This document shows, in pieces, positions 54,231 through 64,000 of a DNA stretch of 64,000 bases. Both the position numbers and the translations under genes were made by a program. The DNA lies in assembly GCF_006345805.1 (NCBI RefSeq), contig NC_043006.1:8742001-8806000 (forward strand), given 5' to 3'. This DNA comes from Octopus sinensis (Eukaryota). Below the pieces are notes generated by a model. The model had not been told where the DNA came from and did not search any database. It was given only the letters and a program-made list of their open reading frames with translations. Numbering within the stretch: position 1 is the stretch's first letter; each line of letters opens with the position of its first letter.

Positions 54231-55303
54231 TATATATATATATATATATATGTATAAATGACCTTATCTATCTAAGATTATCATACATCAAATATATTAA
54301 TGTATTCTCTTACAATATTCAGCAAAGTCTTACGTTCTATTTGGAGCCAGTTTACTGGGCATTGGACGTCATTGAACCTCTGATTACTCTCCAGGAAATT
54401 GCGACATATATAATTTAAACTAAAAGTATGAATAACAATTGAGGGAAAGAAAATCGTGCCGATGAAGGATATAGCAGATGATATTCAATGCGGTAGAATA
54501 GTCTGCAATAATCATTTAGAAGTATTCCTTACGAACTGTCCAAAAAGTGCGTACATAAGGTAATGTACTTTGTAATATAGCCATATTTTTTGTTCGAAAA
54601 GTGAATATCGCAGTCAGTTGAATAATTTCTATTAAAGCAAGGTTTATCTCGGACTAAAATGAATAACACGGTTATTTAAACAGTAAGTTGTAAAATTTCA
54701 GAGCATCAATGTTTAGGCAACGTTTTAGCTCCAAATTATATATATATATATGTATGTATATACTGATGACGAGTCAACACCCAGAAACTACAGTCCGTGC
54801 GTATCACTTAGGTTGACGAGGGAAAGATGACCTCCCTTTGCAAATACCGATAGGGCACAGAAACTCTGCCTACAGCCAACTGGGGGAGATGTTCTCCTGG
54901 GGCTACAAGCTAGAGTAACACCCACCCTTAGTGCTTAGCCATACTGAGATGGCAAATATACCCCCCCCACATATATATATATATTTAAGGCAGTAGAGTG
55001 TAATTTAAGAGAAGGTGTGTGCATGGCTATATTGGCACACATCTGTTTGTATCAGCATATGAAAGGGTTCGTGTGTGCGAGTTTGATATGATGAGGTGAG
55101 AGGGGAGGTACTGCAGAAAACGTGAGAAAAATATTCGTTTGTTCAAGTGTTGAACCGAGTTTCGTCATTGACTACTATATAACTCTGTGAACGTGTGGCC
55201 AGTTTCTTTTGTATAGTATGGGATAAAATCCGAGTGAACAATATCTTTTTCAACACACGACTTCACATAAAAAATCTTGCACAACAAATATTTAAACGTA
55301 CTA

Positions 55304-55338
<35 letters not shown>

Positions 55339-55744
55339 GTAATCACATGTCGTATCACGGCTCAACTATCGCACTCTCAGCACATCACGGATTTTTCTAA
55401 CTAATATATGTGACTTTATCTGGCAGACTCAAGAGTATATCGCCTCTTTCTGCAGCAGATAGGTATTCATATTTTTTTTTAAATTTTAATTATTTCTGTG
55501 GTAAAGTAAGCATTTTCACGCCTAAAAAATATTAAATTAATAGATAAAAATACAGTGCAGTATTGAATTATATACCACTTGAATATATCAAAAAAAATAC
55601 GTAGAGTACCGTAGATAAAGAATCGCACATACTGTATGGAAAACGAAATTCAGGATGCGAGCTTGTGGTACTGTTTTGAATTTATAATGAAATAAATATG
55701 TACGAATTATAAAAAAAAAAACAATAAAAGATATAGAGTACATT

Positions 55745-55830
55745 ACTGTTTCTACTTCGCGGATTTTCCCTTATCGCGGGTTTCTTGAAACGTAACAACC
55801 GCGATAGCTGACGGATCTTTGTGTAATGTG
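55745..55830 (-). mobile_element. Tigger/pogo-like terminal-repeat fragment
   Basis: Reverse complement ...tcgcggttgttacgtttcaagaaacccgcgataagggaaaatccgcgaagtag is Tigger-MITE-like. Confidence 0.45.
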
Positions 55831-56106
55831 TGTGTGTGTGGACAGTGATCTTTCGATATGAGATTTAGCGAAAACACGTAAAGTAGAACAATACTTTCCC
55901 ATAGTGGCAATGAAATTTTATGACGTTCAGCAGAACCAGTGTTTTCGTATGTTGCGACGTTGCCACACACACAACATGACTGTTTAATTATCTTATATTA
56001 ATTATATAACTCGTAAACCCGGGATCTCGTAAAGCGGGTCCTGGTGAAGAGAGGTATTGTCGTATATGCACTATATATATATATAGAGAGAGAGAGAGTG
56101 AGAGAG

Positions 56107-56151
<45 letters not shown>

Positions 56152-57227
56152 AATATATGATATAGATATAAATATACATACACACATACACACACGGGTA
56201 TATGTGGTGCTGTGAATGTGCCTATGCGTATGAATATGTGTACATAGTCAGCTTATGTATGTAGCTTTGCTGTGAGATACATTACGACCTGAATCACTTA
56301 AAATTAACCATAGGTGTGTTGAGTATACAGTTGATGTTCACATTAACGTCTTCGTAGATGTATGCATTAACAGAAGAGATCAATACTCATCAGTTTCCAA
56401 ACTATTTTATAAAAATATGTGAGCCTTATAAGAGAATAAATATAACATAAATAGCTGTGTGAACGACCTTTCTATTTCTAGTTATATTATCATGCAAAAG
56501 AACAATAAAATATAACATAAATTCTACAACCAACGCACACAATAACATTAAACGGTTTGTCTTTCAAAGTCAAAAGTTTGTGAACTACAAAATATTTGAT
56601 GTTAATAGGAACTGATATTATATATCTGTGGTAACGTACCTTGTAGTTTCCCTAGAGTTAATAACATGCAAGGCTTGCATTAATTTTTGTCTTTCTTCTG
56701 TGGGGAGGGTGGATATATGGCATCAAAGAGAGTCAGTTCGCTTTGATAACCAGAAAGTAAGCTACTAAACTAGAAGAGAAACAAGCAAAATGAAAAAAAG
56801 ATCATATGCGACAAAGACACTGTCACAGAAAGCATCATAACACAGACTATGCTGATATTGAAAATGGGTTGCAAAAGAACGGAAACAAAGAGCATCAAGC
56901 TCGAAAATATTTTACCACGGGCTAAACGTACAGAGGTTACGCAGTTGTAGGGGAAAGTAAAATGTGAAGCGCAATAATTTCTTTAACATATCATTCTCTG
57001 TGAATAGAAACAAAAATCTTTTATAGCTTTCCACTCATCAGCTGCAGTTTTTTTTCTGTGCCTCACTATTAAGTCTGTCAATGTATATCATATTTAAAAA
57101 TAAATATCACGGATACTTCTGAATAATACTGAACAACATTTGTCGCCAAACAAAGATAAATATGTGTGTGTGTGTATTGCCTGTGTATACATTAAGAAGC
57201 GCATAGACAATGAAAGGTGTACCTTCT

Positions 57228-57279
<52 letters not shown>

Positions 57280-57285
57280 ATATAT

Positions 57286-57353
<68 letters not shown>

Positions 57354-59228
57354 TTGTGTGTGTGTGTGACAGGACCTTCATGCAAATAAATAATATGCAA
57401 ATGGTATAATCGCCAGGCATGTCACAATACTCGATGATGTCCAAATTTTGCTTGCTCAAATGAACACGACTGAAATATATTCTAGACATTTATTATACTT
57501 TGCGTTAATAACTCTAAATACGCTTTTATAAAGTATATTCAGTTGGTACATCCCCAGGATATATTTAATTTTTTTAAATAATATATTTCAAATTCTGAAC
57601 TGTTATTTTTGAAATCTTACTTACCACTGAATTACATTATTCAATTACAATAAATCCAATGTGCTTTTGTACCTTATGCTGAATGCAATTTCACGATGTG
57701 AAAAGGTAGAGACAGAATCAAAAATTATTCAATCCAAATGTTTGAATGAATGATGTGATAGAGTTTTATCAGAAAAACGCCATCATATTTGGACTTTGAA
57801 CAAACAACTGACATGATAGGGATACTTAATAGTACGAATTTTATTGATAATCTTTTTATTTATGCCGGATTATGTCATTCTTAATTTCTAACAGTGAATG
57901 TTTAGTTAGTTTAATAGATTAATTTAACGTTTACTGTAACAGACCTAGTTTCGATACTTGCAGATAATCACACGTTTTGGGCAAAAAAAGAGGTCATTCC
58001 GGAATTTATTTGGGTATTGCAACGCAATATATTTATGTGTATATATATATATATGTGTGTGTGTGTGTTTCTGTGTGTGTGTGTGTTTGTGTGTGTGTTT
58101 GTGTGTGTGTGTGTAGCTAGATTGATAAATAGATAGATAACTAAGGTAACTTATTTTAAATAATTTTTCTACATAAAGAGAAAGGAACATTTGACTGCTG
58201 CTTTTATAACCACAGTATGATTAGCACAAGATTCTGTTTACAAGAACAAGAAGTAATTTTTCTCTCATTTTGTAATAATACTAATACCAATGTACTGAAC
58301 GTTTTTACATGCAGATTAATGATCAGTACCGTTTCTAAGCACATGATGTATATCCCACCTTGACCATATATCATTAAGAGAGCAGTCCAGAGAAATACCG
58401 CTTAAACTTCAAACACTGAAAATATGTGCGGTGCCATATAACATTCTACATTATGCAGAAAAATTCCGAGTACAACACAATGCACGCATGTATTTTAAAG
58501 TTTGCACCCCAATTTGGCTAGTTTCTGAAAATTAAACAGAAAATGAAGAACTATTTATATATGGACTTTCTTAGATACCATCTATCATTTTGACGTCAAA
58601 ATAAGATACTATAATTTGTTCGTCGACCTATCGTCTGTTTTACAATATCAGACATTGAGTTTAGCTAGCTATTCGTAAATCTTAAGTATATTATTTTTAT
58701 AACCCCCCCCCCGCCATACAAAAATTTCCTGGTGTTTTGTAGCTGTTAGTCAAAAGTGGAAAGTGTTACATTTGATTTTGTTAAAACATGCCCTGTTAGA
58801 GAAAAATGTTTTTAGATATATTTTAACGTTTCTAACGTTTTAGATATATTTCATAATGCTAACTTTTTAGATATATTTAAATGCTAACAGCAGGAAGAAA
58901 GCAAGCTTCGTTGCAATCAACTGTTTATAATTTATTCTATTTATTATTTATTCATTCAATGAACAGTTTATATTTTGTTCTGTCAAATGCATCTTATTAG
59001 AAATTAAAATGAATAAAGCAAAGCAACGTTTCAGGCAATAATAAAGATCTGTACGTGAAATGCATGTGGACGAGAAAAAAATATTAAGGCTCTTTCATTA
59101 ATCTATAGTAGTAGTCGGGTTAAAAGTATAGAAAATATAAAAAGAATAAACATATGGTAGATAGAAAATGACAGAGAAATTAATTTACTATAATAGATTT
59201 AAAAGAAAACAACTGGCAGGCTTCTTAC

Positions 59229-59326
59229 CACCATGACCAGGGCGGAATCCTTTGTTGTAATTTATTAGTAGATTATCCAAAAGTTGGGTAACTTGTTTCT
59301 TTGTAACTCCTGACACACCTGATGCA
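59229..59326 (-). CDS. Internal coding exon (98 nt, phase 2 to 1) of a Cys-loop ligand-gated ion channel, GABA-A alpha/GRD-like
   Basis: Minus strand: tatttcttacag|T GCA TCA...CAT GGT G|gtaaga. Translates ASGVSGVTKKQVTQLLDNLLINYNKGFRPGHG(G), matching the helix alpha1 'LLD.LL..Y....RP..GG' motif. Its phase joins the 68-nt exon. Confidence 0.92.
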
Positions 59327-60299
59327 CTGTAAGAAATAATAAATAAACGTGAACGAAAGATTACATATTAAAATATTTTAAAAGTTTCCAAATAATATAA
59401 ATGGTCATTCATTTGTTACTTACAAACTTGCATTAAGTTATTTAAGTGGAAATTATCAATTGTATACAACATTCCCAAATGGAAACTAGACATTCATGGT
59501 TCGAAAAACAAACAGAACAACTAAGGTTTGAACTTTCATACCAATATATCAGTGTTATGCGGTTTATATTTATTAGTATTATTTCAATTTCATAACAGTT
59601 TTATTTCAGGACCTACGCCATGCAAGAACGATCTAACCGCCGTATTTAACGTCTCATGGAGAGCGTCCTTCAACAAACAAATTTAAATATGCTACGCATA
59701 GTCATATTGGTGGAGTAAGTGGAAATGACAAACATCTATCAGTGTACTTTAGCCCTTAATATTGTACATAAGTTCCCAGTTCCGTCGATGTCGACTGTGC
59801 ATTTCATCTCTTCGAGTTCTTTGAAATAGGGACCAGTTGAACACAGGGGTCAATGAAAACGAATTATTCTTCCCAAGAAATAGCTAGCCTTGTGCCAAAA
59901 TTAAATTCAACTGGCTTAACAAGGAATACACATATTAAATACAAGTGGTTTCACATGGAAAATACATATTGATTATTCATTCATCCATTCAAAGGAAAAT
60001 CAGGAATTAGTCGACTCTAAATTACCTTCCGGAAAGGAACGACAAATCTCTTACGAGAAGACAACCGTATTGCATATTATCATGCCAGGTGCACAGTTCC
60101 CCCCCCCCCAAAAAAAAACAATATTGCGAACATATTCGCCTGAATACTTATCGATATGCCCGGTCAAGGCTGAGCTTCTTCTAAGTGAAATCAACAATGT
60201 GAAATCAACCAGTGATGTATTATTTAACCTTACAGGGAGAATTGTATTCACGAGAAACTACTTGTATTTAATGTTGGCACAGGACTAGCAATTTCTGGC

Positions 60300-61392
60300 T
60301 AGGATCAGTTGAGCGCCGTGTGTGAGAAAAACAGCACCACGACGCAATTAACACTTCCAGAATTTTGGAAACATGATGTACAGGTTGGCATACGCGCTGG
60401 AAGCTCCAATACTAACATTTCAGAGTGTCAATCTGAGGAGACTGCAGAGGATTCGGGAAGAGTTGAATGAGTCTTAAGACGAATACGAAGGTACAGCAGA
60501 TCGGAAAACTCACTCAGATCATTCTGATCAGAAAAGAACTCGTGAATATGTTTGTGAGATCCAGCAATTGACAACATGATTGACAAAGATCCCAAACCTG
60601 CAAAGACTAGACAAGTGGAAAGACTGCGCGACGAAGCTTTTGGACAACTCGAGCACCCCCTCCAACTAAGCATGCTTTAGTTTTATTTTGTTCCGACGAG
60701 AAAAATTCTACCAGTGGGAGATGGTGAACACACAGAACAATTATCAGCTTGCTGTATCCCCAAAACATGTATCGAGATTGTTAAAACGTCAAAAATCCAG
60801 TCAACATAATGGTGTTTGGAGTGATCGCTAGTGATGGTAACGCTGTGCCTCCATTCATCTTCCCACACGATCTCAGACTCAACATGGAGACCTACATCAA
60901 GTGCCTGCAAGAGGTTGTGCTTCCCAGGGTCAAGAGAGTGACTGCTGGATGACCTTATGTTTGGCAACATGACAGTAGACCATGTCTCACCATCAGGGGA
61001 ACCCAGTCATAGCTGTCAGACAATTTCTGCGACCACATGACTCCTAACATATGACCACCTCAACCTATAGACTACAACGCCCTTCATTATTATGTCTTTG
61101 GTGCAGTTGAGTGTGTGACCAAATTAACTCCTTGTAACACCAAAGATGAACTGAAGGCAATGATTATGACATCATCACCAACGTCAACAAGGAGACAGTC
61201 TAGAAAAGTTGCAGGATATTGCGAAATGGTCTGGAGGCCATGGTTGAAGCCAATGGCGATTTTATTGAACAAATTTACTCTTTAGTATTTCAAGATATCA
61301 TTACATAACATTGGTAAATATATCTGTTAAAATGAGATGTCAGTGTTATTTCCATTTTTGCGTAATTTAGACAATTTATTTCCCACCCCTGC

Positions 61393-61395
<3 letters not shown>
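60300..61395 (+). mobile_element. Tc1/mariner superfamily relic, maT/DD37D-like
   Basis: KNPVNIMVFGVIASDGNAVPPFIFPHDLRLNMETYIKCLQEVVLPRVKRVTAG*PYVWQHDSRPCLT...PCNTKDELKA...EAMVEANGDFIEQ; 3' end ttcccacccctgca-tgta. Confidence 0.85.
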
Positions 61396-61462
<67 letters not shown>

Positions 61463-62149
61463 CAGAAAGGCGATGCAGTCAGAATTTTGTATAATTCGTT
61501 ATTAGCACTTTCGTTTATTTAACCGATCTCTTGGAAGCGTGCCAATTACGAGAGCCTTTTGCAGGATTGCAGGGACAAGGGATGGCAATCAAGTGTTTTC
61601 CCGGTTGACGTTCGCTGTATGGGATTTCGTGCCGAGTCCGTATTGAACGTGTTTACACCTAGTCGAACGAGAAGTAAAGTGTGAATGATGGCACTGCTTA
61701 GAACAGGCGAGGCAGCAGAAAGAGCTGCTTCATTTTATGGAGCAAAAATGAGGACATGAGCTGGAAACCCCGAATTTGGCCACATCTGTTATCAGTTCCT
61801 CCTAGCTAGAACTCCATTAACATTAACTTTGGTTATTTGGAAAAGAAGCACCTTCTCCTAGATGTTACGAATAACATGCACATATATGTATGTGTGTGTG
61901 TGTACACGTGTGTATTTGTGTATGTGTGTGTAAATGCGCATGTGCACTTACTAGGTAGCTAGAAAGGTAGATAAATAGGTACTACAGACAGAATGTACGT
62001 ACACACGCAAAATCATGCATACATCGAAGGAGACAGAAACACACGACCATACACACCTTTCAACGCCTATACGCACACATTGAAACAGGCATTAAGCACA
62101 CGGGCACACACATATATAAATATATATATATATATATAATATATATATA

Positions 62150-62420
62150 TATAAGCGAGAAAGAAGCAACAAGAATGGATAGGTTTTTAGTACGATCGTT
62201 TCATACAAGGACAGGTTTTATTAAAAGTTGCAACTTTTAATAAAACCTGTCCTTGTATGAAACGATCGTACTAAAAACCTATCCATTCTTGTTGCTTCTT
62301 TCTCGCTTATAATCACCCCACATTACTGTATTGTTAAATCAGTATAGTTTTTTTGGTGCATCTAAGTTAGGTACCATATTCAAGTAAATTCATTTAAATT
62401 AACTTGAATCTTTATTGCTC

Positions 62421-62425
<5 letters not shown>
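62150..62425. mobile_element. Fold-back element B: same family as A in opposite orientation; perfect 162-bp palindrome (62150-62311) plus 114-bp tail, flanked by (TA)n
   Basis: 81-bp arms with no spacer, centred on aaaagttg|caactttt. The tail is nearly identical to the reverse complement of 10155-10272. Confidence 0.9.
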
Positions 62426-62460
<35 letters not shown>

Positions 62461-63040
62461 AAGCATACACACCCACACAAATATATATATATATATATAT
62501 ACACAAAGCATACACACCCACACAAATATATATATATATATATAGGCAAACAGGTGCACTGACACGCAAACTCACATGCACAGACACACACACAAATACA
62601 GACGAACGTATATGGAAGCGGAATTACTCATACAAAAAATACTCATATACATGCACAATCACATAAGCAGGCACACACATAGACTCATAAATATATACAC
62701 ACTCAAGCATACACGCACACTGGCTTGTGCACACACGCAAGCTCCAAGATCTCAGACAGACAAACTTGGGCCCCGTAACGGACTAAAAAAAATTCATTGG
62801 AAAAGTTGAAAATATCTCAAACAATAAATAAAAAAAAACCCCCAAAGTAAAACGATTTACTGTGCAACCTAGCACTCGAGCAGTTATTTGGATATTTAAC
62901 CAAATGACTAATAAAAGAGTAGAATTGAACTAGTGCCCGTTTTAAAAATATTGGTATAATGACTCTCCTTAGACTCAACAAAGTTTCTTCTATCACACGA
63001 AGTCACATAAAGAACCTTGCAAGTCAGACACAAAAGCGAA

Positions 63041-63067
<27 letters not shown>

Positions 63068-63072
<5 letters not shown>

Positions 63073-63624
63073 TTGAAATAGAAAGATGAATTTTCTTGTT
63101 ACAGATTATTCAAAAGTTTAACCGATACCTGGGTAGCAAAAATCACAGCAGAAAAAGCACGGTTGGAGATAGGACCATTTGGTGTTGCAACCGTGCGTGT
63201 GCGGATAATTGAAGTTTAATATTATTAGTGAATGGAAGAAATGGAGTTGAACGAAGATTATACAGAATTCCTTTTATTACATTCTACACATGTTTCAAAG
63301 GCCACAATTTTCCAAATTATGATTAAATAAAGATACCATATTGTAGCTTTCTCTTCAGGAAAAAACAGGAATTCCGTGGACAGAACAAAACAAAACAGAG
63401 GCGCAGCAACGCAATTCGAACGAGGACGCTCCTTAAGAGCCCATGGCTGAACTGTTTTGTTTTGTTCTGTCAACGGAATTCCTGTTTTTTCCTGAAGAGA
63501 AAGCTACAATATGGTATCCTTATTTAATCAGAATTTGGAAAATTGTGGCCTTTGAAACATGTGTAGAAGGTAATAAAAGGAATTCTGTACAATCTTCGTT
63601 CAACTCCATTTCTTCCATTCACTA
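63068..63624. mobile_element. Fold-back element C, unrelated family: 158-bp tail plus 173-bp arms (63226-63398 and 63452-63624) with 53-bp spacer, flanked by (TA)n
   Basis: Arms are reverse complements with about 5 substitutions; each contains a hammerhead motif. Confidence 0.88.
63486..63570 (+). ncRNA. Type-I hammerhead ribozyme motif with extended helix II (mirror copy ~63280-63364 on minus)
   Basis: TTTTC-CTGAAGA-[GAAAGCTACAAT...ATTGTGGCCTTT]-GAAAC-ATGT-GTA-GAAGG. Confidence 0.72.
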
Positions 63625-64000
63625 TATATATATATAATATATATATATATATATCATGTTTGTGTGTGTGTTTCGTGCGTGTGCGTGCGAAATCTTTTGG
63701 GTAATTTATTTTATCATCGTCAGAATTCTATTTTCTTTTTAATTTACATATGCTAAACTTCAAAGCCCTGCGTGCAATTCAGCCAGAGGAAATGCATAGT
63801 GACGATGCGAGGTAATTTTGGAATAATACGGTATGGTAAATGAAAATTACGTGTTTGAGTGATTCGGTAAGTTATACCTGTCGTCACTAAACGATCGTTT
63901 GTATGCATTCAGTAACGCTTAAATATCTAAGAATTCTTTAGCTCTCACTTATCATTATTAAGGTAATGTGGAACAGTAGTTTGCTTGCCTATCTTAGGCC

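Noticed and set aside
59610-59714. Plus-strand segment bounded by ttttatttcag and gtaagt, near the 98-nt exon
   Set aside because: Stops in all three frames and no partner exon found; an antisense exon cannot be supported without RNA data.
59330-64000. Search for the signal-peptide exon of the receptor
   Set aside because: No ATG-initiated hydrophobic frame ending in a phase-2 donor was found; it probably lies beyond the window.

Overview
AT-rich, microsatellite-dense animal genomic DNA; the SINE families and repeat content suggest an octopod cephalopod (inference). The window lies inside one minus-strand gene. Three exons (59229-59326, 26471-26538, 5857-6080) have canonical splice sites and compatible phases. 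They join into the N-terminal extracellular domain of a Cys-loop ligand-gated ion channel of the GABA-A alpha / insect GRD-8916 type, across introns of 32.7 and 20.4 kb. The introns are filled with tRNA-derived SINEs, CR1, RTE and R4/Dong LINE fragments, Tc1/mariner relics, Penelope-like elements (PLEs) and simple repeats. The most notable signal is a recurring architecture seen four times in three unrelated families: microsatellite | unique tail | arm | turn | inverted arm | microsatellite. Two families carry a type-I hammerhead ribozyme with a very long helix II in the arm. Two copies of one family (10.2-10.9 kb and 62.2-62.4 kb) fold back at different short palindromes but end at the same site. 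No prokaryotic systems, CRISPR arrays, rRNA or true tRNA genes were found. Most ORFs in the track are microsatellite or transposon artefacts.
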